From: a virus
DNA: 57,812 nucleotides
Direction: 5' to 3' (one strand)
IMG/VR virus record: IMGVR_UViG_3300028964_000004
Below, one piece after another: positions 40,545-49,401 of this stretch. The notes under the pieces were generated by a model, which worked only from the letters and a program-made list of their open reading frames with translations, searched no databases and was not told where the DNA came from. The position numbers and the translations under genes are program-made. Positions within the stretch are counted from its first letter, which is position 1. Every line of letters starts with the position of its first letter.

Positions 40545-40979
40545 TTAACGTATTAAATGTTTGACCTTGTTTTTACAGCAATCACACTCACATAGTAATG
40601 ACTTTACATATTCCCATGTCTTTTCAACAATATCATCACCGATATACTGTATTTCTTCACCGTACGGATCTATGCCGAGGGCCTGGCATATATGGGTGGC
40701 CATGTGTCCACATTCGTGCCTCCATGATTTAGCAAACTCCTTTGGGGACGAAGTAAGGGCAATAACCATTACTGTTTCCCGGGTGCCGAAATTAGAGTAA
40801 GTAACTCCGGTATTCAAATTGCCGGAGTTTATGTTATCATATGCAGTACGAAGCATATTACCGTCGCAGCCGATAGAGTGCATATTGTCAATTATTTCGT
40901 CAATATAATATGAATCAACGGCATAATACACGAAAACGTTCCAACTGTACTTCTCTATAATAAACTTCTGGCGTATCAT
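40545..40979 (-). CDS. Hypothetical protein, 144 aa, with HExxH-type motif (RHECGHMATH); putative small metallopeptidase
   Basis: Motif seen in the ORF-track translation. Confidence 0.45.
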   Translation of the reverse strand: MIRQKFIIEKYSWNVFVYYAVDSYYIDEIIDNMHSIGCDGNMLRTAYDNINSGNLNTGVTYSNFGTRETVMVIALTSSPKEFAKSWRHECGHMATHICQALGIDPYGEEIQYIGDDIVEKTWEYVKSLLCECDCCKNKVKHLIR

Positions 40980-40981
40980 AG

Positions 40982-41800
40982 CTAATCTTGTTTTTTAAAT
41001 TTCCATATATATTTCCCTTTAAATCTACCCAATTTTATACTCCTTGATAGATTTGAAGGTGCTGATCCATATACCTTACATACGGCTTTTAGAGACTCCC
41101 ATTCTTTTATAAAAGTTCCCTCTTTGTCAAATTGTAATATAGCTTTTGCATTAGTATGGGTAGGCATGGAGTATTGAGGAATATTATCTTTTGAGTAACT
41201 CCATAAAAAACCTCCAGAAGAATATCTTTTACCGATACAGGCATCCCTAATTGAACTTGCATGTATCCCTGTATGTCTCTGTGCCTCTCTTGAACTTTCA
41301 TACCCATTAATAAAATTGCCATTTTTATCAAACTGGAAGACTGGTTTAGGAGCAGTCTTAGTTTGTTTTTTACGTTTGGTTATATTAGCTCGTAATGACA
41401 CGTCACTTATGTAAGTTTTTTCTTTGCAATGCTTTAATGTCAATGGGTTATTTGCGTTTTCTTTTGCAGTAACCCACCGCAAATTTTCAATCCTATAGTC
41501 TTCCCTATTCGTATTTATATGATCAACAAATGGCTTATTTAAAGGGTTTGGTATAAAATTTCTTGCCATAAGCAAATGTACAGGTATGCTTTTCGATTTT
41601 CGATCTTTACATAGGGTAACACAAGGATACCCATAGGGACCAATATGTATTTTTTTATACCTTTCTCTTACTATACGTAATGAACCACCTTGCTTTACCA
41701 TCCTATCTATTGACTTTATTCTTCCTTTATTTGATATTTCATAATATCCCTCATAGCCTTCAACAGCTTTCCAAAATTCATTTTTCATATTAGCAATCAA
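40982..41800 (-). CDS. Free-standing HNH homing endonuclease (NUMOD4 + HNH_3 + NUMOD1/IENR-like repeats)
   Basis: Contains FWKAVEGYEGYYEISNKGRIKS, VDHINTNREDYRIENLRWVTAKENANN and repeated ...F.SSREA.R.TGI....I... units. Confidence 0.8.
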   Translation of the reverse strand: MIANMKNEFWKAVEGYEGYYEISNKGRIKSIDRMVKQGGSLRIVRERYKKIHIGPYGYPCVTLCKDRKSKSIPVHLLMARNFIPNPLNKPFVDHINTNREDYRIENLRWVTAKENANNPLTLKHCKEKTYISDVSLRANITKRKKQTKTAPKPVFQFDKNGNFINGYESSREAQRHTGIHASSIRDACIGKRYSSGGFLWSYSKDNIPQYSMPTHTNAKAILQFDKEGTFIKEWESLKAVCKVYGSAPSNLSRSIKLGRFKGKYIWKFKKQD

Positions 41801-41848
41801 TTAGTTATATTACAAAGATAATATATTTGTTGCCAATTTGAAAAAAAA

Positions 41849-42271
41849 CTAAAGCATATCTTCCCAATCAATAGGTGTTCCGTTTCTAACGGTGTCAGCA
41901 TACCATCTGTTGAAGATAAATCCATCTGCTTGGTCTTCATCATCCACGTAATCTTTGATAAACAGAGCAAGACTCTTTTCATCTGGCAGTGAACTTTTGA
42001 AGAAATCGCTCACAGCCATATTATAGACGTATATATAATCATACATTACATTATTCTTCAATACGATTCCATATTTAGCCAGCAGTTCGTTTACTTTTTC
42101 TTTATCAGCCATTTCAATGCGTTCTAATTTGCCAGTAGCGGGATTAATCCTTTTCATTTTGCTAACTGCAAATTCACACATTTTCTTATTAAAATGATAT
42201 GAATTGTACTTTAAGTAATTAATCATATCCTTCGGTCTATCGTCATATATATCCAATGGTTCTCTTCTCAT
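41849..42271 (-). CDS. Hypothetical protein, 140 aa
   Basis: ORF track. Confidence 0.65.
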   Translation of the reverse strand: MRREPLDIYDDRPKDMINYLKYNSYHFNKKMCEFAVSKMKRINPATGKLERIEMADKEKVNELLAKYGIVLKNNVMYDYIYVYNMAVSDFFKSSLPDEKSLALFIKDYVDDEDQADGFIFNRWYADTVRNGTPIDWEDML

Positions 42272-42318
42272 GACATTTTAATAATTACAGGGAGGACACA
42301 AGTCCTCCCCAGTTAAAC

Positions 42319-42591
42319 TTAACGATAACGGGAATAACGTCCAGTTCCACGAACCCCACGTCTCTGTCCCATACTACCACCTCGGCCATAACCACCGCGT
42401 TCACCCATGGTTTCTTCGTCAAAATAGCGATCGTCATCATATCTACGATCTTCATCCCAGCGTTCACCCATGCCCTCACCCTCGGAAAGCTCTTCTATGC
42501 ATTGCATGAGCTTACCACCGTAGCGAAGCATCTTTTCAGCGTAGTCGGACATTTTCTCGACCTTGCTTTCGGAAATTTCAATCATCATCAT
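42319..42591 (-). CDS. Hypothetical protein, 90 aa, with an acidic centre and an RG-rich basic tail
   Basis: Ends ...GERGGYGRGGSMGQRRGVRGTGRYSRYR. Confidence 0.55.
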   Translation of the reverse strand: MMMIEISESKVEKMSDYAEKMLRYGGKLMQCIEELSEGEGMGERWDEDRRYDDDRYFDEETMGERGGYGRGGSMGQRRGVRGTGRYSRYR

Positions 42592-42593
42592 AC

Positions 42594-43133
42594 TTATTGT
42601 TTTTTAGAATTGTTACTACTTGCAGCCTTCTCAGAGGACTTAAAGAAATCAGCCATCATAGCTTTCAATTCGCTAAGTTCTTGCCGAAGCGCTTTGTTCT
42701 CCGCTTCCTGCTTCTGTCTTTCTGCAAATTCGGGGTTAAGTACCTGGAGCATTTTATCACATGATTCCATCACAGACTTATGATGCTCGACACTTCCTAA
42801 TATCTCAGAAGAACGATTTCGCATAGCCGCCACTTCCGCATTCATAGATTCTCTTGAACCGGATATTACCATATTACCTCCACCTGGAAAATTTGCATCA
42901 GCAATATCAGACATGGCAGGTATTTTTTGAAAGGTAACAGTCTGTTCACCTACCTTGATAGTTATATCAACCACCATCTTAGGAGGTTGTCCATAAGGAA
43001 GGGGTTGCTGCATAAACTCAGGAACAGGATTAGATACTCCGGAAACAGAGCCGACCTCTATATATGGAGTACCATCCCTATGCAAAATGAAAAACTCACT
43101 ATTTACTCTTAGATTCTGAAAAGGCATAATCAA
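42594..43133 (-). CDS. Hypothetical protein, 179 aa, with C-terminal coiled coil
   Basis: ORF track. Confidence 0.65.
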   Translation of the reverse strand: MIMPFQNLRVNSEFFILHRDGTPYIEVGSVSGVSNPVPEFMQQPLPYGQPPKMVVDITIKVGEQTVTFQKIPAMSDIADANFPGGGNMVISGSRESMNAEVAAMRNRSSEILGSVEHHKSVMESCDKMLQVLNPEFAERQKQEAENKALRQELSELKAMMADFFKSSEKAASSNNSKKQ

Positions 43134-43172
43134 TAAACTCTTTAAGGAGCGGGATTACTCCCGCCCATTGTT

Positions 43173-43544
43173 TTAAACTACTCCGGTAAGAATTTGCAAT
43201 GTGTTGCTACCTGATTCGTAGTAGCACAGATAAATTCCGGTACCGGTAATATCCGAAGCAGTAACATCTGCGCCGGCAATCGTAGTCAGTGCTTGAGTAG
43301 CACCGTTGGTATCAAAAACTACCGGCAATGTACCGGTAGTACCGGCAGGGATCGGCTGTGCCAAACGGAACAGAATCAATCCACTAAATGGAGCAGAAAG
43401 GAACGGATGATTCCGAAAAGAGAAACGTACGTTGGTAGTACCTACGGTAACACCTGTACTTTCCAATCTTGGAATACCATTCTTATTTGCCATGATAAAA
43501 GGACTAATGAATGCCATATAATGCCTCCTTCCTTTTATCCCCAA
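43173..43544 (-). CDS. Hypothetical beta-rich protein (~114-123 aa; the start is probably an internal Met)
   Basis: ORF track. Its sequence pattern is loosely reminiscent of C1q/TNF-like jelly-roll tips. Confidence 0.55.
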   Translation of the reverse strand: MGIKGRRHYMAFISPFIMANKNGIPRLESTGVTVGTTNVRFSFRNHPFLSAPFSGLILFRLAQPIPAGTTGTLPVVFDTNGATQALTTIAGADVTASDITGTGIYLCYYESGSNTLQILTGVV

Positions 43545-44512
43545 CCATTAAAATTGCCCCATGCTCCAATACCATTGTAAAGACCATACTGAGCTGCAAC
43601 GCAAGACGGAATCCCTACAACCGGACTATAAGGCACCTTCGCTACTTCCGGCTGGTTACATTCGATTTTCGCAAGACGAGCACTCAAATCATTTAAAGCT
43701 GCACCAAGAGGAGCCGTTGCCTGTCCGACGATCTGAGAGGTCATTGCAGAACTTTTAAATGTGCTATTCTCCTCACGAAGTTTATCAATCTTGTTCTGCA
43801 TTTCGCGCATTTCAGCCGCACGCTGGCCGGCAAGAATCTGTTGTGTGCTATCCTTGATGGAATTTTGCAGATCACAAGTCTGACGTTGAGTTTCATATGC
43901 AACAGAAGCAAAGCCTCTTTCCTGACCAGTCGCAACACCGTTAATGGCATTTTGCAATGTGTTCGTTTGCTGACAGATCGCCAGACGGTTTTCGCAGCAG
44001 CATGAAGCAATCTGTTGAGCGATCTGACAGTTACCCTGCTGGATAGCATTGATAATCTGCATTGAGCTTTGACCAACCTGATTTCCTACCTGTTGCACCT
44101 GTGACATCACCCCATTGATAGCATTCTGAACCTGACCGATTGAACAGTTTAAATTAGTAGCCAGATTGTTGATTGCCTGTCCGTTCCCCTGAATTGCACT
44201 CATAAGTAACTCCCTTCCTGCATCGTTATTAATTAAGTTAGGGATACCGGCTCCAGCAAATCCGCCACCGTTTCCGCCATCTCCATTATTTCCCCAGCCA
44301 TTGCGTCCAAACAATGGGAACAGGAAGAACAGGAAGATTATCCAAAGGAAAGAAGAGCCATCACCACCAAACATACCGCCACGATTATTCATTGCAAGCA
44401 ACAAATTGGGGTCAAGACCGTTTTTCTGCAATAAGGGGGCAAGCATACCAAGCATACTGCCTCCTCCACCACTCCCGCTTTCCGGGAATACGTAAGTCTT
44501 TGTTTCACTCAT
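43535..44512 (-). CDS. Gly/Gln/Asn/Cys-rich membrane protein, 325 aa
   Basis: One TM segment (FLWIIFLFFLFPLFG), poly-G/N tracts, repeated Q..NAINGV units, a CCC motif and a C-terminal GWG tail. Confidence 0.65.
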   Translation of the reverse strand: MSETKTYVFPESGSGGGGSMLGMLAPLLQKNGLDPNLLLAMNNRGGMFGGDGSSFLWIIFLFFLFPLFGRNGWGNNGDGGNGGGFAGAGIPNLINNDAGRELLMSAIQGNGQAINNLATNLNCSIGQVQNAINGVMSQVQQVGNQVGQSSMQIINAIQQGNCQIAQQIASCCCENRLAICQQTNTLQNAINGVATGQERGFASVAYETQRQTCDLQNSIKDSTQQILAGQRAAEMREMQNKIDKLREENSTFKSSAMTSQIVGQATAPLGAALNDLSARLAKIECNQPEVAKVPYSPVVGIPSCVAAQYGLYNGIGAWGNFNGWG

Positions 44513-44586
44513 ATTTAATTATACAATTATAACACGGTCAATATTAACCGCATCACAAAGAACACGATAAATCCGTTGTACTTAAA

Positions 44587-44886
44587 TTATATCGTTGTAA
44601 GCTCGTTGTAAACTGATTGTAGATTTGTTGTGACACTCCATTTACGGGTGCGGATAGAAAAGTTATTCTTGAGTTTATTAACGCACTGTTGAGTTAGCCC
44701 GGTAAGGTATGATATTTCTCCTTCTGTTATTCCCCTTTCTGTGAGCACATTTACAAGTATTGATCGGGCATCAACACAGACCTCTTTGTTACTATGAAAC
44801 ATTGAATATTCGTCTATTCCCGTCGTCTGACAGACTACCGCTACTACCTTTTGATACATATCAACAATTTTCATGCTAAAGAACAT
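44587..44886 (-). CDS. Hypothetical HTH-like protein, 99 aa (DnaA domain IV-like pattern)
   Basis: Contains VDARSILVNVLTERGITEGEISYLTGLTQQCVNKL. Confidence 0.5.
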   Translation of the reverse strand: MFFSMKIVDMYQKVVAVVCQTTGIDEYSMFHSNKEVCVDARSILVNVLTERGITEGEISYLTGLTQQCVNKLKNNFSIRTRKWSVTTNLQSVYNELTTI

Positions 44887-44902
44887 ATTAGATTATAAAA
44901 CA

Positions 44903-44963
44903 AAACATCGAAGGCACTGTTATTTAACTTTGAAAGCCTCCTAACAGTGTTCCGACGATGTTT
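44903..44963 (-). promoter_or_regulatory. Long two-tier hairpin directly upstream of the 44886 start
   Basis: AAACATCG pairs with CGATGTTT (8 bp), and the inner CACTGTTA pairs with TAACAGTG (8 bp), leaving a 19-nt loop. The minus strand is followed by TTGTTTTAT. Confidence 0.4.
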
Positions 44964-45097
44964 GCCCGTTTCTGATTGGTAGTCGTATGACGGGTAGTGA
45001 GGCTTTCTTTTACTTCTTTGCCCCTAAAGAATGCGTTTGTTAATGGTGTTTCCTATGCCGGCCTTCTACCACCGGCAAATCAGAATATTATTTCATA

Positions 45098-45493
45098 TTA
45101 TCCTCCTTTCCTTTTAATGCAGATATACAATAAAATAAGAGCGATACATATCAAGCCGCCAAATGCCCATCCGCCAAGTTCTATCTTTGCCTTCTGCCAT
45201 CTGGTCAACGCCTTTTCAACCGGATAAGGTATCTGAATACTGTCCGTCTTAATCACAGTATCAATACGATTAAGATATAAATACTTATATAGATACCGAT
45301 CCTTGTATGTGTACACTGTATCACCCCTGTCTATTACATAAATGCTGTCACGGCGGTACACGCTGTCAATACGGATACTGTCACGGGTCTTATACTCGGT
45401 CTTAATGGTTTCAACCGGTACGTATTGAGTAGTCCTACATCCGGTGAAACACATTGCCGACACTAGCAAAACGACAAATATCAACCGCTTCAT
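45098..45493 (-). CDS. Candidate unimolecular spanin: N-terminal lipoprotein signal plus C-terminal TM anchor
   Basis: Contains MKRLIFVVLLVSAMCFTGC (lipobox) and the C-terminal GGWAFGGLICIALILLYICIKRKGG. The ATG at 45493 overlaps the upstream stop (ATGA). Confidence 0.5.
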   Translation of the reverse strand: MKRLIFVVLLVSAMCFTGCRTTQYVPVETIKTEYKTRDSIRIDSVYRRDSIYVIDRGDTVYTYKDRYLYKYLYLNRIDTVIKTDSIQIPYPVEKALTRWQKAKIELGGWAFGGLICIALILLYICIKRKGG

Positions 45494-45777
45494 AATACCC
45501 CCTCTTGTGGAACCGTCCACTCAGGACCGCTCAATATACTCCTTAGCTCGGACGAATCATGCCGGTATGCGGTCAGCTTATCCCGATCTCTCAACACCGG
45601 ATCAATATACTCTTCATGCAGGATCACTTTCAATCCGTCAACTGATCTTCTCGCCTGTGCCGGAACGATTATACCGTGATCCAGACACCATTCTACTGTT
45701 ACAATTACGTATTTCATAACTTTCTTATTAACTTTAAGGGAATATTTGTTTGTTCTCCGGAAAGCTCTTTGTGACAT
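45490..45777 (-). CDS. Hypothetical protein, 95 aa
   Basis: ORF track. Confidence 0.55.
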   Translation of the reverse strand: MSQRAFRRTNKYSLKVNKKVMKYVIVTVEWCLDHGIIVPAQARRSVDGLKVILHEEYIDPVLRDRDKLTAYRHDSSELRSILSGPEWTVPQEGVL

Positions 45778-47206
45778 TCTTATCGTAGAGGACTTCTATC
45801 TCAATAGGCTTGTCGATTGCGATTTGAGCCATTATTCCTAAATTATAAATCCCATCACTCAATGAAATTGCCGGTATATCGTAAACTCCATCTTTAGATA
45901 TAGGATAAGTCCAAGGGTCTTTAGTTGAATCAATCATCATTCCCATTAATCCAACTGCCCAATTACCTTCACCAACGCTATACTGATTAAGTCCTGTGAC
46001 TTTTATTTTGTAAGACGGTACTTCAATCGGCTCTCCGGTATCTGCTTCGGGATTCGTAGCTGTTGCAATAATACCATTAAAGGTTGCAGTAGTACTATTT
46101 ACTACAATTTTATTTGTTGTAACTTTACCAGTAGCAAATTCAGGATAATCAACGGCTTTATATGCAAAGTTATCAAAGTTCAATGCAAACACTGGATTTG
46201 GAGTACCATATTTCATGACGTTGATTTCTTTCTGAATTTCTTCAGCAGTGAGTATCTCGCTATAAATAGCCATTTCATATAGAGCCATAGAAAGACAATC
46301 TCTAGCTGTCTTTTCATACCTTGCTGCAAGATATAAAGGCACATCTACATTTTTAGGAGTATCGCTAACAAATGCAGAATAATCATTTATAATTTTTCTG
46401 TTCATAGTAGAACCCCAATTTTCAAGGGTATTATTATAGAACATAATACATTTATCAACATAAACGTCATTATAAGTATCAAATACAGTATTCCATCCTC
46501 CATGTATTGAAATAGGGACATATTTAACTATAACAGTTCCTATCTTATATCCTACCTTATCAAGTTTCAGATAGTCATCTATACCATCAGTAACTATTGC
46601 TCCTTCATACTCAGGGATCTGCTTAATAGTTATATTACAAGCACCTAAATACCCAGTAAATCTAAATCCATTAAAAGAATTTCCAGTTTGAGGTAGGTTA
46701 TATACTCCATCTTCAACTATAGCTATTGTTCTTAAACCTTCTACATCTGGAAGAACATATCTATATTCTAAAGCAATTCCTGGTTTTAATCCTGTGACTT
46801 TAATAGAATAAGCGTTTGCAGATTGAGTGTTTTGGGTTTCTATAAAAGAACTACTATCTAAAGACTCTGTAATATGTATAGAATTATCAGTATTAGTAAA
46901 TACAGCTCTACTTCCGTTAAACTTTCTATATTTAGCAGAATTATAATTCTCTTTATATAAACCATATCCACTGCCTAAGCTCCAACCGAAGTTATACGCG
47001 GTCAATATTTCACCTTTTATTCCCTTGATAGTATTCCTATCTTTATCGGAGTTGATCTTACCTTTAAAGTTCCAATAATCTACAAGGGACGGGTGAAAAG
47101 GAGAAGTTTGCCCTCCCTTTGAAGCTGATCCAAGACGTATTCCCCTAACCTGAGCCGTGTTAATGCCAACGCGGTTAATCTTTACCTGATTGATTGAAAC
47201 TTTCAT
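45734..47206 (-). CDS. Putative tail fibre / receptor-binding protein, 490 aa (LamG/concanavalin-like pattern near the N-terminus)
   Basis: The pattern LVDYWNFKGKINSDKDRNTIKGIKGEILTAYNFGW..., plus position in the distal tail module. Confidence 0.5.
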   Translation of the reverse strand: MKVSINQVKINRVGINTAQVRGIRLGSASKGGQTSPFHPSLVDYWNFKGKINSDKDRNTIKGIKGEILTAYNFGWSLGSGYGLYKENYNSAKYRKFNGSRAVFTNTDNSIHITESLDSSSFIETQNTQSANAYSIKVTGLKPGIALEYRYVLPDVEGLRTIAIVEDGVYNLPQTGNSFNGFRFTGYLGACNITIKQIPEYEGAIVTDGIDDYLKLDKVGYKIGTVIVKYVPISIHGGWNTVFDTYNDVYVDKCIMFYNNTLENWGSTMNRKIINDYSAFVSDTPKNVDVPLYLAARYEKTARDCLSMALYEMAIYSEILTAEEIQKEINVMKYGTPNPVFALNFDNFAYKAVDYPEFATGKVTTNKIVVNSTTATFNGIIATATNPEADTGEPIEVPSYKIKVTGLNQYSVGEGNWAVGLMGMMIDSTKDPWTYPISKDGVYDIPAISLSDGIYNLGIMAQIAIDKPIEIEVLYDKNVTKSFPENKQIFP

Positions 47207-47493
47207 TCCGATACAAGAATTTTAGCCAAAGTAGGCTGTGAGATAGACTGCACTTTGATATACATGCCCGGGATCACTCCTGTAATAGCAACATCTATTG
47301 TGCTACCCACATAGTTGTATGATCCGAAAGGAACATAATTCCCATTTGTCATACTCTGAAGCAGAGCGACGTTATTTCTTTCCTTATCTTCACTTGCAAA
47401 TTCAAGATGAAGGCCTGCATCCGATTGAAGTTGCACAGGGTCCGATACATAAGCTTCACCCTGTTTGCTGAAAGTTAAATCTGTTAGAGCCAT
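47203..47493 (-). CDS. Hypothetical protein, 96 aa
   Basis: ORF track. Confidence 0.6.
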   Translation of the reverse strand: MALTDLTFSKQGEAYVSDPVQLQSDAGLHLEFASEDKERNNVALLQSMTNGNYVPFGSYNYVGSTIDVAITGVIPGMYIKVQSISQPTLAKILVSE

Positions 47494-47494
47494 G

Positions 47495-48088
47495 TTACTT
47501 TGAATTTAAATAGTTAATAATACCTTCTATGTGAATATTTGCCACAGTCCGCTTGCCCTCAGCCGACAATAAGAACTCCACGTCTTCCTTGTTGTCCTGG
47601 AAGAAGTTCTCTGTCAATATAGCGGGGCAGTTCGTATCCCGGCAAATAGCCAAGTTCTGCACCCAATAGTCTTGTCCGGGAGATTGTTTGCGTACTGTCA
47701 CATCTTTACCTTCCGCTACTTCCGCAAGGGAGGAAGCCAACCTTTTGCTATTAAAAGAAGCATTATCACTGACATATACACCCCATCCCCGAGCATTCAT
47801 CCAACTTGTCCCGTTACCGGCCGCATTACAATGAATGGATACCAGAATAGCGTTCTTTTGAGAATCGCGATAAATATTATTAGCACGTTTGCATCGCTCA
47901 GACAATGGAACATCCACATCCTCCTTTACGATGCGTTCCGCGTCAACACCATGCTTTCTCAGCCCGAAAACGACCATATCCGCTATCTCTCTGGAATAAG
48001 CCCACTCACGCAACCTTCCGTCCGGTGAACACTTTCCCTGTGTATTCTCGCCATGGCCATTGTCAATTAGAACTTTCATATCATTCAT
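47495..48088 (-). CDS. Endolysin: N-acetylmuramoyl-L-alanine amidase (Amidase_3-like)
   Basis: Contains KVLIDNGHGENTQGKCSPDG and ILVSIHCNAAG. Confidence 0.8.
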   Translation of the reverse strand: MNDMKVLIDNGHGENTQGKCSPDGRLREWAYSREIADMVVFGLRKHGVDAERIVKEDVDVPLSERCKRANNIYRDSQKNAILVSIHCNAAGNGTSWMNARGWGVYVSDNASFNSKRLASSLAEVAEGKDVTVRKQSPGQDYWVQNLAICRDTNCPAILTENFFQDNKEDVEFLLSAEGKRTVANIHIEGIINYLNSK

Positions 48089-48552
48089 TCTTTGTCCTCC
48101 TCCTTTTTAGTTATCACCTCTTTTAAATCTTCTTTCTCTATCTTGAATACCTTTTTAGCGAATAACCCAATAGCTACTATCAGATTAAAATCATATCCCT
48201 TGGGCTTAAGAATATTCGATATGATAGAGCAACCTTCGATAAAGCAGACAGATAAGCAAGCAAATATATCAATGTTATATCTTCCACCACTGGCCTCGTT
48301 TATCATCACCACCATGATTACAAAGCTAAAATAGGTAACCATCTTACCCATTGTAGCCCGCCAAGCCCTACTAAACCTCACGCGCTCACCCATCAACAAG
48401 CTCTTTCTGCACCCCGTGGCCAAATCACACAGTATTACAAAGAACATAGTGATCAACCATGGGATCATGTGCTCTATAGCTTCCATTACGAAACTTCCGG
48501 CTACAGGAGCAAACAGACCAGAAGAGAATTGATGTATTGATTTGTCTTGCAT
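48085..48552 (-). CDS. Holin (Phage_holin_4_1-like)
   Basis: Multiple TM segments, ILCDLATGCRKS and CFIEGCSIISNILKPKG motifs, a charged C-terminal tail, and an ATGA overlap with the amidase gene. Confidence 0.7.
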   Translation of the reverse strand: MQDKSIHQFSSGLFAPVAGSFVMEAIEHMIPWLITMFFVILCDLATGCRKSLLMGERVRFSRAWRATMGKMVTYFSFVIMVVMINEASGGRYNIDIFACLSVCFIEGCSIISNILKPKGYDFNLIVAIGLFAKKVFKIEKEDLKEVITKKEEDKE

Positions 48553-48666
48553 ATTTGTCTTTTTAAATAATAATACTACATTTGTAATCAGATTACATAA
48601 TTAAATTAAAACTAGATAAATGCGTGAGCCTATCTTGCCTGTGAAGGTGAGGTGGGCTTTTTTATG

Positions 48667-49017
48667 CTATGACTTATCACTAGTGATCTGGTCAATGATC
48701 TTACGGATATCAGACATATAACATTCAAAGTCATTCGTGTAGATAAAACTAATAGTAGTTATCTGCGGAGTTGGAACAGGGTCAAATCGGACCTCTCCCA
48801 ACTGCATCTCTCTGATCTCTTCGTGTGTGCCATCTCCGTCGGCGTTCGGTACCGTTTCTGTTGCATTATCGGTTACACCGACAAATATCGACTGTTTGTT
48901 ACCATTGATTGAAGTATATCTGATCGAATACTTCACGGTCGGAATACTTAAAGAAGTTCCTTCAAAGCTATTTACTTCTGTTGTACCAGTAGCTACAATT
49001 TTAATCTCTTCGTTCAT
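48667..49017 (-). CDS. Hypothetical protein, 116 aa
   Basis: ORF track. Confidence 0.6.
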   Translation of the reverse strand: MNEEIKIVATGTTEVNSFEGTSLSIPTVKYSIRYTSINGNKQSIFVGVTDNATETVPNADGDGTHEEIREMQLGEVRFDPVPTPQITTISFIYTNDFECYMSDIRKIIDQITSDKS

Positions 49018-49046
49018 AACATTTTAATTTTAAGTTCATAATAAGT

Positions 49047-49385
49047 TTATTCTTTGTTTTGATTCAAAGCTGAATCCAGCAATTTGAAGAGAGGGAACTT
49101 TACATAAGCATAGAAAATCTGATCTGCAAATTTCTTAATCAGAGCAGCAGTGGGACCATCGACTTCAATCTCACCTTCAAGATATAACTTTCTGCCGATC
49201 TCCTGATCTTTGATGTCACTCACATTAAAGTAAATAGCATTACCTAAGTCCTTGCTTACATCTTTGTAATCAATCACTCTCTCCGTCCCGACAATGTTGC
49301 CCTCAGAGTCTCTCTTCTCAACCTCTTTCATCAAGACATTTCCTTCGATATCGTTAACCACGATCTTTCTAAAATCTATTTTCAT
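49047..49385 (-). CDS. Hypothetical protein, 112 aa
   Basis: ORF track. Confidence 0.6.
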   Translation of the reverse strand: MKIDFRKIVVNDIEGNVLMKEVEKRDSEGNIVGTERVIDYKDVSKDLGNAIYFNVSDIKDQEIGRKLYLEGEIEVDGPTAALIKKFADQIFYAYVKFPLFKLLDSALNQNKE

Positions 49386-49401
49386 ACTCTATATATTTAT
49401 A

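Noticed and set aside
41107-42479. ORFs 41107..41331, 41797..41982 and 42285..42479
   Set aside because: They are alternative-frame ORFs nested in or overlapping better-supported genes (the HNH endonuclease, the 140-aa gene and the 90-aa gene).
43741-44076. 111-aa ORF inside 43535..44512
   Set aside because: It is an out-of-frame shadow of the Q/N-rich gene, and its Arg/Leu-rich translation comes from the repetitive CAG/CAA codons.
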